This document shows, piece after piece, positions 1-18,375 of a stretch of 64,000 bases of DNA. This stretch comes from the human T2T-CHM13v2.0 reference genome, Homo sapiens: NCBI RefSeq assembly GCF_009914755.1, contig NC_060947.1; one strand, given 5' to 3'. Position numbers and translations under genes: made by a program. The notes under the pieces are model-generated. The model made no database searches and was not told the origin of the DNA. It saw only the letters and a list, made by a program, of their open reading frames with translations. How positions within the stretch are numbered: position 1 is the first letter of the stretch; every line of letters begins with the position of its first letter.

Positions 1-43
1 CAGAGGTGAGGAGTGGGGGGAGTGGGTGGGAGGGTCCATCAGT

Positions 44-98
44 GCATCTACTGGGTGTCTTGGAATTTATCTCCCAAGGATAAGGTGGGGACTACCGT
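44..98 (+). mobile_element. MER44/Tigger7 DNA transposon 3' terminal fragment
   Basis: GCATCTACTGGGTGTCTTGGAATTTATCTCCCAAGGATAAGGTGGGGACTACCGTA resembles the recalled MER44 end (GCATCCACTGGGGGTCTTGGAACGTATCCCCCGCGGATAAGGGGGGACTACTG), followed by TA. Confidence 0.6.
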
Positions 99-253
99 AC
101 TTAATATAACATAGAAGGACTTTAAGATTTTAAGTTACTGAAAAAGATTTTTGAAATTTTGACAAGTTCACTTAAACTTGTATCCCATTTACATTCACTT
201 AATTTACTTATTCTTGACAATTCTTGAATTGCTCATTAAACAAAACTGGCCAT

Positions 254-900
<647 letters not shown>

Positions 901-1817
901 CTTTGACCTCTAACCATTTTACTCATAGTAGCAGTAGGGATTGAGTCAAGGGACCTTTGTCCTTTTTTAAAATGACCTGCCTGATTATTGCCCTAAGCAA
1001 TTTTTAGTTAGGCTGCTCATTATATTTGTCTTTGGGCTTTTAAAATTTCTCCAAACTGAGGTAAATAGAGTGGACTGGTTTGGGTCACTGAAATGTTGGG
1101 GGACCAACAGGGAGTCCCTCTGGTTCATCCATCCTTTGTTAGATTCAACCTTTGTTTTAACCCCATCAGTGTCCATTTTAGTCATCTCATTTTTAAGAAC
1201 CATCTAAAAATTTTCTACGCCAAATTTGCATTTCTAAAGTGATGGTTCTTAGGTAAAACAAGGTACAAAATTTATATCTCAAAGGTACAGAACTCAGATT
1301 TCAGCACTAATTGTCATTATTTGCTCAAACCAAGAAAAGAAGGTATAGGTAAAGGCCCAGTTAAGACAAGATGGCCAAGAAAATCACCTTAAACAAAGGT
1401 AAGGCTTGTTATGTAAATTTAAGTCAATGCTTTCTCCATTGTAAGAGCTTCTAATAAGAGTCCTGCCTTTCTTCCGGTGCAGAGACAGAGACAGCCTTAT
1501 AAATGGAGATTTCCTTTATAGATGTAAATTTATTTTACAAAACGTCTCAAAATAACTAAAAATAGGCAGATTCCCAGCCCAAGTTTTTAAATTAGATTAC
1601 TGAGTTCAGAGTGGTTCCCATTAATGCATAGGGCAGACAAAGCATCTTCTATGCCAGCCTAGGATACATTTCACTGTTGTTCTGAGTTTAAGATTTTGAC
1701 GAAGGCATAGAGTGGTTAAAGAAGCAGGCCACCTTTATCTGAGGGCTGAACTTCTCTAAACAACTTTTTTATCCTGAGATGGGAAAATAAGCAAAAAGGT
1801 TAATAAATTTAGAGTAC

Positions 1818-2408
1818 TATCGATGAAAAGTGTCAAACTCTGTAAAATATTTTTGAAAAGATTTTTTCTGATCCAAATATGAGTCACCATGACCCATGAC
1901 ACAGCCCTCAGGAGATCCTGAGAATATGTGCCCAAGGTGTTTGAGGTGCAGCTTGGTTTTATACATTTTAGGGAGATGTGAAACTTCAATCAAACACATT
2001 TAAGAAATACATTGGTTCAGTCCAGAAAGGCAGGACAACTCGAAGAAGGGTGGGGGTGGGGAGGCTTCCAGGTTGTATGTAGATTTACAATTTTTCTAAT
2101 TGGCAATTGGTTGAAAGAGTTATCAATAGAAAGGAATGTCTATGTTGAGATAAGAGGTTGTGGAGACCAAGGTTTTATCATACAAATGAAGCCTCCAGGT
2201 AGCAGGCTTCAGAGAGAATAGATTATAAATGTTTCTTATCAGACTATGTTGATGTTAATGCTGAAGAGGCCTAATGAGGCATGTCTGACCCCCACTTCCT
2301 GTCATGGCCTGGACCAGTCTCTCAGGTTAAATTTTAAAGTGCCCTGGCCTAGGAAGAAGTCCATTCAGGTGGTTGGGGGGTACCTTAGAATTTTATTTTT
2401 GGTTTACA
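1818..2408 (-). mobile_element. MER4A-like solo LTR (ERV1)
   Basis: Minus strand starts TGTAAACCAAAAATAAAATTCTAAGG and ends ...ACAGAGTTTGACACTTTTCATCGATA; 4-bp flanks GTAC/GTAG. Confidence 0.85.
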
Positions 2409-3507
2409 GTAGGCAGAGGAGGATAAAGAGAAAGATGGAGAGAAAGATAAAGAACAGTCAGAATCATCAGTCAACATAAAATATTTTCTCTCTCCAAAGA
2501 TCATGTTGACCAGAAAGAGGTGGACAGAGTTGGCAGAACATATAGTCAACAGGGTTTTGAGAAGAGAGGTTTCAGTCAACTGAGAGGTTCTTATGGGAAA
2601 AGCAAGAATAAGTACAGAAAACAGAGAGAACTAATTCTTACAAATATTTTTCTGAAAATGGTCCAAGTGGTATTAGACAGATTTGGACACAGGAATCTTT
2701 TAGACATAATTTGAAACCTCCACCATGGAAATATTCTTTATTTCTCTCTGAGAGATTGGTTAATTATCATCTAAGGAGTGAAGCCTTTGGGGGCTTCTTC
2801 TAGTGAGGAAATAGTGCAGGACAAAGTGAGTGAGTTCATCAGATGTCTTGTATAAAAACTGACAGTTTATTTTCCAATTCTCTGGCTGTTTACGATAAAG
2901 TCAGACATCTCAGAGCACAGGGTACTTTAGTTTGGGACCCCTTGTTTTTGGTTTAAAATTTATACCGCAAGGTCCTCTTGGTCCTCGTAGATGTTGTAGC
3001 TGTAAAGACACCCAACTGTTTGCCTTTTGTAAGGAGTTTTCCCACTGTGCCCACTGTAACTCTAAGTTACTCTGAGTTCACCCATTTCTCTAGAAAAACA
3101 CAGGTTCTATATCCATAATTCTTATACATGAAATTTGCTAGAGTTCCACATGGAGGAGTTCTAGATTTTTTGGATCCAGATGAACCCATGATTTCCTATC
3201 ATATTCTAGTAACCTTACCTACCTATTGAACCCAGTCCAGTTTCTGTCTGACCCAGGCAGACACCTGTGGCACCCCCATACAGTACCCATTCCTGTTTCT
3301 ATTGTGACTTCTGAATCCATTGTGGATTTAAAAAAATGCTAAAATAAATTTGAGAGCTCAAGCAACAAATTTGTGGAGCCCAGAATCTGAGAGAGAAATC
3401 ACCCATGACCCCAGTTGCTCTAATAGATCAGTGGGCATAATGGGCTCTGTTGGGTACTTTTACTTAGTCACTCAGTGTTACTGGGGGTCACTGGAGTTCT
3501 ACTTTGG

Positions 3508-3525
3508 ATCCGACTTCCGATGCCA
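3508..3525 (-). promoter_or_regulatory. Degenerate retroviral primer binding site (tRNA-Leu-like)
   Basis: Minus-strand TGGCATCGGAAGTCGGAT, 3 nt after the LTR end; 14/18 match to the tRNA-Leu PBS TGGTGTCAGAAGTGGGAT. Confidence 0.55.
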
Positions 3526-3528
3526 ATC

Positions 3529-3893
3529 TGTTAAAAGAAAAACTTTAGACAAACTAAATTTAACAGAGTTTAATTGAGGAAAGAATGATTCACAAATTGG
3601 GCAGCCCTCAAAACCAGAACAGGTTAACAGAACTCTTGCATGCAGCATTTATGGACGAAAAACTGAGTGCCCTAAGAGAGACAGCTTGATTGGTTACAGC
3701 TCTGCCTTTGCCTTATTTGAGCATGGTGTAATCAGTTAGCTACCTGCAGTTGACCGAAGCTTGGCTGCTGTGATTGGTGGACACTCAGCTATTTGTTACA
3801 AAAGTATACTGTGAAGTTGGGCTTTTGGTTAGTTTTTATGTACGTAGGTTTTAGTTCATCAGTTCATTAGGTAAGGACTCAAGTATGGAGGCT
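3529..3893 (-). mobile_element. ERV1 LTR, MER57-like (5' LTR of the adjacent internal remnant)
   Basis: TGTTAAAAGAAAAACTTTAGACAAACTAAATTTAACAGAGTTTAATTGAG...GGGCAGCCCTC resembles the reverse-complemented 3' end of MER57-group LTRs. Confidence 0.65.
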
Positions 3894-4490
3894 TCACACA
3901 TGTATGAGGAGCTGTGCTAGGAACTGGGGCTATAACAGTGATTAGAGGTAGATTTACTATAAAGTGAATGAAGCTTAAATTCCAAGGCCCTTCACTTGCA
4001 GGGACATCTTCTACGGCCCTATAACTAATTTTGTATTTGTAATTTGGTATTAATGTTCTTGAAGAAAATTCTGCAACTCATATATTTTAAGTCCAACAAA
4101 ACCTGTATCTGGCTAGGAAGAAAACAAAGTTCCTGTTACCTGCTCCCATTTTGATGGGAGCTGGGGTGGGGGCAGACAAAAAATATAAAAAATAGATCTA
4201 TAATATATCAGGTGGAAGCAAATATAGGAGAAACTTAGAGCAAGGAAAGGGATGTATAAAAAGTGAGGGGTGGGAGTTGCTGTCTCACTTATGTGGTCAA
4301 GAAATACCTCTGTGATATAGCAAGACCCAGAAGAAATGAAGGATAACATCATGCAGATAATTGGGAGAAGAACCAACTGGATAGAGAAAATAGCATGTGC
4401 AAAGGTCCTGAGTCTAGAATGTGTTCTTGGTGTGTTTGAGGAATGGCAAAGTTGTCAATGTAGCAGAAACAGTAAGAAATGAAGTCTGAG
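3894..4490 (-). mobile_element. L2 fragment interrupted by MER53
   Basis: CTGTGCTAGGAACTGGGGCTATAACAGTGA...AAACAAAGTTCCTG...GCATGTGCAAAGGTCCTGAG...GTGTGTTTGAGGAATGGCAAAG, typical L2 3' region. Confidence 0.65.
3943..4115 (+). mobile_element. MER53 hAT-type MITE
   Basis: GGTAGATTTACTATAAAGTGAATGAAGCTT...GGCCCTTCACTTGCA...TAATTTTGTATTTGTAATTT...CAAAACCTGTATCTG matches the recalled MER53 layout. Confidence 0.7.
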
Positions 4491-4499
4491 ATCATGATG

Positions 4500-5090
4500 G
4501 TTCACTGGGCTTTCCATCAGCTTAAAACTCTTTCACAGATGCTGCTGTGTTTATTTAATTGTAAGTTTGGACCTTTGTGAAAGGCTTTTTATTTGTTTAT
4601 GTTATTTTTCATTGTGTATCTAACAGCCAGTATAGTCTGTTAATTCCTAATTCTGACCATTCAAATATCAGTACCCTTGTGTGCTTCAGACCATCTGCAG
4701 ATTCAGTCAACTATATGCTTTCTGTTTGGTTTTCAAACCATCAGTGGAAATCTTGAAGGATATGTGGCCTTTTAGCATTTGGCTAGGGACCATTGATTGA
4801 CATTTAATCTTTCAGTCAGTCTTGAGTATGGTCTTTGAAATGTTTACAAGTTCTCTCAGCTCTAATGTGGCACATCAGTTTTGACTCTATAAAGCTATTC
4901 TGAGACACCGTCAAATACTTTCCTAAACTCAGGATATAAAAACAGTTATAGCACTCACCTGATAACTTTTATATCAAAAGTAAAGGAAGGAAGAAAGGGA
5001 GGGGAGGGTGAACGAGTTTTTTTCCTAATGAACCCATACTAGCTCCTAGTGTCCACTGATTTCTCTTTGCTTTAAACTGTTTTCAGCATT
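4500..5090 (-). mobile_element. CR1/L3 LINE RT fragment (left part)
   Basis: Minus-strand translation gives YPEFRKVFDGVS (cf. CR1 YLDFSKAFDKVS) at ~4901-4937 and TRS*YGFIRK (cf. TRSQHGFTKNK) at ~5021-5050. Confidence 0.7.
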
Positions 5091-5094
5091 ATTT

Positions 5095-8641
<3,547 letters not shown>

Positions 8642-10483
8642 GAAAATTGTAGATTCACAGCAATTTTCAGAAATAATACGGAGAGCTCCTTTGTATGCTC
8701 TAGTTTCCGCTAATGGTAACAGTTTACAGAACTATAGTATAATATCATGACCAGGAATTGACATTGGTACAATCTACCCATCTTATTCATATTTCTTCAG
8801 ATTTACTTGTAGTCGTATACAATCTTATCTGTGTAGCCTTGTGTATCTACTATCACAGTTGAGATACAGAACAGTTCCAACATCAAAAGGATCCCTTGTT
8901 TTGTCCTTTTATAAACACACCCGCTGCCTCCTTGTGTACCCTCCCTTTACCCCATGTCTAACCCCTGGCAACCACTAATCTCCTGTTTCTACAGTTTTGT
9001 CATTTCTAAAATGTCATATAAATGGAATCATATGGTATGTACACTTTGGGGATTTACTTTTTTTCACTTAGCATAGTCCCCTTGGAATCCATCCAAATTG
9101 TTGTGTGTATTAATAGTTTGTTCCTTTTTATTGCTGAGTAATGTTTCATTGTGTGGATGAACTGTAGTTTGTTTAACCAGTCACCTGTTGAAGGACATCA
9201 AGGCTTATTCCAGTTTTTGGCAATTACAAAGAAAGCTGCCATGAACATTTGTGTGTAGGTTTTTGTTTGAACATGTTTTTATTTTTCTGGGATAAATGCC
9301 TAAGAATCCAGTTGCTGGGTCGTATTATAGTTGCATGTTTAGTTTTTTTTTTTTTTCCAAGAAACTGCCAAACTATTTACAATAATTTATAATTTTACTT
9401 TATACAAAATTTATAATTTTACTTTACCATAGTGGCAGTACTATTTTACATTCCCACCATGAATGGTTCTCTTTCTCCACATTCTTGCCAGCATTTGGCA
9501 CTGTCACTATTTTTAATATTAGCCATTTGGATAGGTGTGTAGTAGTGTATCATAGTAATTTTAATTTTAATTTCCCTGATGGCTAATAATATTGAACATC
9601 TTTTCATGTATTGATCTGCAATCTCTGTGTCCTCTTTAGTTAAGTGTCTCTTCATGTCTTTTGTTTTATTTTTAGTTTACTCTTGAGTTTTGAGAGTTCT
9701 TTATATATTCTAGATATAAGTTCATTTTCAAATATGTGGTTTGGAAATATTTTCTCGTAGTCTATAAGCTTATCTTTTTGTTGTGCTCACATAGGCTTTC
9801 ACAGAGCAAGGGTTTTAAATTTTGGTAAGGTCCAATTTATCAATTTTTTCTTTTATAGATCATACTTTTTGTGTCAAGTCTAAGAACTCTTTGCCTCACC
9901 CTAGTTCCCAAAGATTTTCTCCTGTTTTTAAAAAAGGTTTTATAATTTTACTTTTATATTTAAGTCTATGATACATTTTGAGTTAACTTTTATATAAATT
10001 GTGAAGATTATTTCAGGGTTACTTTACTTGCCTGGGGATATCCAATTGCTCCAGCATCATTTGTTGAAAAGGCTATGCTTCCTCCATTGAATTGGGTTTG
10101 ACTTTAGTCATGCATATTTATATGAACATATTTTTGAGTTCTCTGTTTCGTCTCATGGAGCTGTATGTCTACCCTCCACTAATACCATGCTGTTTTGATT
10201 ACGGTAGCTATATATGTTAAGTGTTAATATGTGCTAGAGTGATTCCTTCTCCTTTTTTTCTCTTTTCCAGGGTTGTTCTACCTATTCTGGGGCCTGTGCC
10301 TTTCCATATAACTTAAAATAAGCTTGCCTATGTCTACAAAAATCCTTGTTAGGATTTTTATAGGAATTATAGTAAACCTGTGGATCAATATGGGGAAAAT
10401 TGACATCTTTACAATGTTGTCTTCCAATCAATGAACACAATATATCTATCTATTTAGGTCTTTTAAAAATTCCTTTCAACCCA

Positions 10484-12698
10484 TTTTTTTTTTTTTTTTT
10501 TTACTTTTTTAACTTTTATTTTAGGTTCAGGAGTACATGTGCAGGTTTGTTATACAGGTAAACTCATGTCACAGGAGTTTGTTGTACAGATTATTTTGTC
10601 ACCCAGGTACTAAGCCTAGTACGCAAGAGTTATTTTTTTCTGATCCTCTCCCTCTTCTCACCCTCCATCCTCAAGTAGGCCCCAGTGTCTAACATTCCCC
10701 TCTTTGTGTCCGTGTGTTCTCATCATTTAGCTCCCACTTATACGTGAGAATATGCAGTATTTGGCTTTCTGTTCCTGCATTAATGTGCTAAGGATAATGG
10801 CCTCAAGCTCCATCCATGTTCCTACAAAGGACATGATTTCATTCTTTTTAATGGTTGCATAATATTCCATGGTATATATGTACCACATTTTCTTTGACCA
10901 GTTTGCTATTGATGGACATTTACATTGATTCCATGTCTTTGCTATTGTGAGTAGTGCTGCAGTGAACATACGCCACATGCATGTGTCTTTATGGTAGAAT
11001 GATTTATATTCCTTTGGGTATTTGCCCAATAATGAGATTGCTGGGTCAAATGGTAGTTCTTTGAGGAATTGCCACACTGTTTTTCACAATAGTTGAACTA
11101 ATTTATTCTCCCACTAACAGTGTATAAGCATTCTCTTTTCTTTGCAACCTCTCCAGCATCTGTTATTTTTGACTTTCTAGTAGTAGTCATTTTGACTGGT
11201 GTGAGATGGTATCTCATTGTGGTTTTGATTTGCATTTTTCTAATGATCAGTGATATTGAGTTTTTTTTTCATGTGCTTGTTGGCTGCATGTATATATTCT
11301 TTTGAAAAGTGTCTGTTCATGTCCTTTGCCTACTTTTTAATGGGTTTGTTTTCTTGTAGATTTCAGTTCCTCATAGATGCTGGATATTAGACCTTTGTCA
11401 GATGCATAGTTTACACATATTTTCTCCTATTCTATGGGTTATTTGTTTAATCTGCTGATAGTTTCTTTTGCTGTACAGAAGCTCTTTAATTAGATCCCAT
11501 TTGTCCATTTTTGCTTTTGTTGCAATCGCTTTTGGCATCTTCATCATGAAATCTTTGCCTGTGCCTATATCCTGAGTGGTATTGCCTAGATTTTCTTCTA
11601 GGGTTTTTATAGTTTGGGGTTTTACATTTCAGTCTTTACTCGTTCTTGAGTTAACTTTTGTATATGTTGTAAGGAAGGGATCCAGTTTCAATCTTTTGCA
11701 TATGGCTAGCCTGTTTTCCCAGCACCTTTATTGAATAGAGGGATTCCTTTCACCATTGCTTGTTTTTGTTGACTTTGTCAAAGATCAGATAGTTGTAGGT
11801 GTGTGGCTTTATTTCTAGGCTCTCTATTCTGTTCCATTGATCTATGCATCTGTTTTGTTCCATTACCATGCTGTTTTGGTTACTGTCACCCTGTAATATA
11901 GTTTAAAGTCAGGTAATATGATGCCTTCAGCTTATTTTTTTTTTTTCCTTAGGATTGCCTTGGCTACTTGGGCTGTTATTTGGTTCCATATGAATTTTAA
12001 AATAGTTTTTTCTAGTTCTGTGAAGAATGTCATTGATAGTTTGATAGGAATAGCATTGAATCTCTAAATTGCTTTGGGCAGTATGGCCATTTTAATGATA
12101 TTGATTCTTCTTATCCATGAGCATGGAATGGTTTTACATTTGTTTGTGTCTTTCCTGATGTCTTTGAGCAGTGTTTTGTAATTCTCATTGATCTTTCACC
12201 TCCCTGGTTAGCTGTATTCCTAGGTATTTTATTCGTTTTGTAACAGTTGTGAATGGGATTGCATTCCTGATTTGGCTCTCTGCTTGGCTATTGTTGATGT
12301 ATAGGAATGTTAGTGATTTTTGTACACTGATTTTGTATCCTGAAACTTTGCTGAAGTTGTCTATCAGCTGAAGGAGCTTTTCGGCCAAGACTATGGGGTT
12401 TTCTGGGTATAGAATCATGTCATCAGCAAACAGGGATAGTTTGACTTCCTCTCTTACTATTTGGATGCCCTTTATTTCTGTCTCTTGTGTGATTGCTCTG
12501 GCTAGGACCTACAATACCATGTTGGATAGGAGTGGTGAGAAAGGGCATCCTTGTCTTGTGCTGGTTTTCAAGGAGAATGCTTCCAGCTTTTGCCCATTCA
12601 ATATGATGTTGTCTGTGGGTTTGTCATAAATGGCTTTTATTATTTTGAGGTATGTCCCTTCAATACCTAGGTTATTGAGAGTTTTTAACATGAAGGGA
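10484..12698 (-). mobile_element. L1PA13-16-like LINE-1, 5'-truncated
   Basis: Poly-T, then 3'UTR GGTAAACTCATGTCACAGGAG...CACCCAGGTACTAAGCCTAGTAC; ORF2 peptides (10727-11077, 12185-12418, 12509-12709); degenerate TSD TTCAAC(C/AG)CATTTT. Confidence 0.9.
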
Positions 12699-12809
12699 TT
12701 CAACAGCATTTTATAATGTTCAGTATATACAGCCTGTATGTGTTTTGTTAGGTATCTACCTAAGTACTCTATTTTCTTCAGTGCTATTGTAACTGGTATT
12801 ATATTTTAA

Positions 12810-13585
<776 letters not shown>

Positions 13586-15118
13586 CTTGGTAAACTCACT
13601 TATAGATTCTAAGTGTTTTTCTGTAGTTTCCTTGGGATCTTCAACGTAGACATAGCATCTGCAAACAAAGATAGTTTTCTTTCTTTCTTTCTTTCTTTCT
13701 AACCTGTATGCCTTTTTTTTCTTGTCTTATTGCACTAGCTAGTACTTCTAGTACTGTGTTTAGTATTGAGAACAACTATTCTTGCCTTGTTCCTATCTTA
13801 AGGAAAAAATACTCAGATTTTACCATTAAGTATGATGTTACCTGTAGGACTTTGTAGATGCTTTTTATCAAGTGAGTTAATTTTTCTCTATTTCAAATTA
13901 CTGAGAGTTTTTTTTTCATGATTGAGTGTTGGACTTTGTCAGATACCTTTTCTGCATTGATTGATATGATCATATGATTTTTCTTCTTCATCTTGTTGAT
14001 TATTGTGAATTACATTGATTGATTTTTGAATGTTAAGCCAGCCTTGCATACCTGGAATAAACCCCACTTGTTCATGATGTATAATTCTTTTCATATATTT
14101 TGGATCCAGTTTGCTAATATTTTTATGAGGATTTTTGTATTTAAGTTCATGAACAATTATTGGCCCTTAGTTTCCTTTTTTAAATTATATTTTCTTTGTC
14201 TGGTTTTGGTATGAAGATAACACTACCCTTATAAAATGCGTTAGGAAGTATTACCTTCTTCCTATTTTTCTGGAAGAAATTTGTTAAAGTTTATGTTAAT
14301 TCCTCTTTAATGATTGGTGGAATTCACCAGTGAATTCAGTTGAGCCTGAAGATTTCTTTTTCAGGAGCTTTTAAATTACAGATTGAATTATTTTGATAGT
14401 TACAAGTCTACTCAGATTATCTATTTCATCTTGGTTGAGGCTTGGTAGGTTGTTGTTTCTGAGGAATTGGTCCATTTCTTCTCAGTTATCAAATTTATGA
14501 GCATAAAGTTATTCATAGTATGCCCTTATATTTTTAATGGTTGTAGGATCTAGTGATATATTCTGTTTCATTCCTGACATTGATAATTTGCATCTTTTTT
14601 CTTTTTGTCAGTGTTGTTAGAGTTTTGTCAATTGTATTGTTTTTTTTTCCCTAAGGAACTAGTTTTTTATTTTATTGATTTTCTTTTTTATTGCATAAGA
14701 CTGAATTATTTAAAAATGTTTTCCTCATAGTTTCTTTATAATGCATGTAACTGTTTAACACATTTTTAAAAAAAATTTCAATAGCTTTAAGGGTACAAGT
14801 GATTTTTGGTTACATGGATGAATTGTATAGTGATGAAGTCTGAGCTTTTAGTGTACCTGTCACCTGAATAGTGTCTACATTGTACCCAACAGGTAATTTT
14901 TCATCCCTTACCACTCTCTCACCCTCCCCACTTCTGAGTCTCCAATGTTCATTATACCACTCTGCATACCCCTGTGTATCAATGGCTTAACTTCCACTTA
15001 TAAGTGAGAACATGCGGCATTTGTTTTTCCATTCCTGAGTTACTTCATTTAGGATAATGGCCTCCAGTTCCATCCAAGTTGCTGCAAAAGACATTATTTT
15101 GTTCTTCTTTATGGCTGA

Positions 15119-15461
<343 letters not shown>

Positions 15462-17310
15462 ACCACATTTTCTTTATCTACTCACCCACTGATGGGCACT
15501 TAGGTTGGTTCTATATTTTTGCAATTGTGAATTGTACTGCAGTAAACATGCAGTTGATGTTTGTATGGTGTATTTTTTCATTTTATTATTTGCAGTTGTT
15601 TACTTTGAACACTTTGAAAAATATTGTGCCCTTTCTATTGGCCTTTACAATTTCAGAACAGAAATTCTTGGCCTTTTGAATTGATGTTCCCTATTAGTAA
15701 TATGCGTTTATTTCTTTTTATTTTTTAGATTTCAAAATTTTAATTATGGTGTGTCTTAGCATGGATTTCTTTGAGTTTATCCCACTTGAAGTTGACTCAG
15801 TTTCCTGGGTGTGTATCTTTTACCAAATTTTGGAAACTTTCAACCATTATTTTTTTGAATATTCATTTTGTCCCACATCCTTTCACCTCTCTTTCTGGGA
15901 CTCCAATGATATGAGTATTAGATCTTTTTTCATTGACCCACAGGTCATGTTTTTTACATCTGTACTTTCCCTGTTTTTCAGATTGGGTGAATTCCACTGT
16001 GTTCTCTCCTCCAGTTCACTGATTCTATCCTTTGTCATCTCCATTGTACTATTGAGTCCTCCAGCAATCTTATTTTAAAAGTTTCTGCCATTATTTTCTC
16101 AGTTATAGAGTTTCCATTTGGTTCCTTTTTTAATAATTTCTATTTCTTTGCTGCATTTTTCCTTTTTCATCTGTTTCAAGATAATTTGTAATTGATTGCA
16201 GAAACATTGTTATAATAGCTGCTTTCAAATGTTGTTAAATAATTCTAACATCTGATTTCATCCCAGTGTTGATCTTAGTTGATTGTCTTTTCTTCTTCAA
16301 GTTGTTATTGTCTTGTTTCTTGGTATGATGGGTGATTTTTTTTATTGTATCATAGATGTTTTGTCTATCATGTTAGGTGACTTTGGATCTCATTTAAATC
16401 TTTTATTTTAGCAGTCACCTTGTTTAGGTTTAGCCTGTGAGTTGTGGGCCTACTTTTGTGGGTTGTGGTTCCAGTGGCAGTTTAATTTTCATAGCTTTTG
16501 TGGTGTTATTTTGGTTTGCTTGGTTTATCTGGTGCTGCTGGGGCTTCCACTGCTCCTGCTGGTGGTGCTTGACGGGGCAGAAGGGGTTTCCCAAGGCCTA
16601 CCATTGATTGTCTCTGGAAGAAGGAAGGGCATGGTGGGATTCTCCACCAGTGTTCCCCACTCTAGTCTTCCTCCAAAAGTGTTTGGGCAAAGGAGGAGAG
16701 TCTTGGGTTTGTGAGATAAAGAAGCTTCTAAGAACTGGTGCTTCTTCTGACTCAAGTGCCATCTCTGGTTCCGTTTTCTTTCCTAACGTGTTTGAGTGTA
16801 GATGGAATATTTTGAATCCATAGGGATAAAGAGGCTTCTCAGAGCAGGCTGCCTGCTTCAGCTGGGTCTCTCCTATAGGTTCAGCCTTGTCAGCCTCAGT
16901 ATGTCTTGGGGGCAAAGGGAAGCTCAGGCCTGGTGGGGAAAGAGAGTACTTCCCCTGTCTGCTCATTGCTGGTTGGGCTCCCAATTGATCCACCGTGCTG
17001 GTGACATTGGGCTCACCTGATGTTGTCAGAAGACTCCCATTTGATTTAGGAGAGGAATGAGCCCACGTGGGCTGATCTCTGTTGCTAAGATAGGGGATTC
17101 ACAAACACCAGGTCTAGGTGGTCTTTCTCTGTGGAGTATGGGGATGCAAGATATCCCATAGCTTTGCTGTTCTTCCATTCTAAACCAACTCATCTTCTTG
17201 TTATCACTCTCATAGTTTCCTTTGGTTGTCTCTTATGTCATTTCCAGGTTTTATAGTTGTGTTTAGCTGAGAGAAGCAGGGAAAACACCATCCTGCCCAA
17301 ACTGGAAGTC

Positions 17311-17884
<574 letters not shown>

Positions 17885-18124
17885 ATCTTTTCTTTAAATA
17901 GAGGAAAAGTGGAAATAAAATAGGAATATTTTTCTTTCTCTTTGTTACCTAATGTTAGTTTTCTGGTTACTGATTGCAATTTGAAATCCCTTTTTGTTAT
18001 CCTCACAATATATCTCTTTTTAAGGCTCACGTCATTCTGAATCTTGGCCTTTTGGGTGTTTTGCAGGCTCATGACACTCTTGTAGTTATCACTGGTTATG
18101 TCTATTTCATTACACTAGTAGAGC

Positions 18125-18375
18125 TATGAATACCAACTTAAGAGTCAGACAGACTTGCATTTGAATCTCACCTCTGCCTCTTTCTATGTGTGTGATTTGG
18201 GATTGGTTGTTTAACCTCTAAGCTATTATTTCCTCATCTATAAAATGGAAACAATAGTACTATTAATAATAGGACCAACTTTGTAGGGTTTTTATAAGGA
18301 TTAAATGAAATAATATACATTAATCATGTAGCACCATTCCTTACATAGAGTAAATTAAATGCCATTGTTGTTATA
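18125..18375 (+). mobile_element. MIR
   Basis: GAGTCAGACAGACTTG...TTCCTCATCTATAAAATGG...AGGATTAAATGAAATAAT core. Confidence 0.85.

Larger units (their letters stand above)
930..3528 (-). mobile_element. ERV1 (MER4/MER57-group) internal sequence remnant
   Basis: Lies directly downstream (minus strand) of the LTR at 3529 and begins with a PBS-like motif; no intact ORF; left boundary uncertain. Confidence 0.45.

Noticed and set aside
9384-9426. 19-bp near-tandem repeat AATTTATAATTTTACTTTA
   Set aside because: Ordinary slippage duplication in AT-rich L1M sequence.
16442-17020. Cluster of overlapping ORFs in a GC-richer patch
   Set aside because: Lies in the 5' region of the old L1M element; no recognisable domain.
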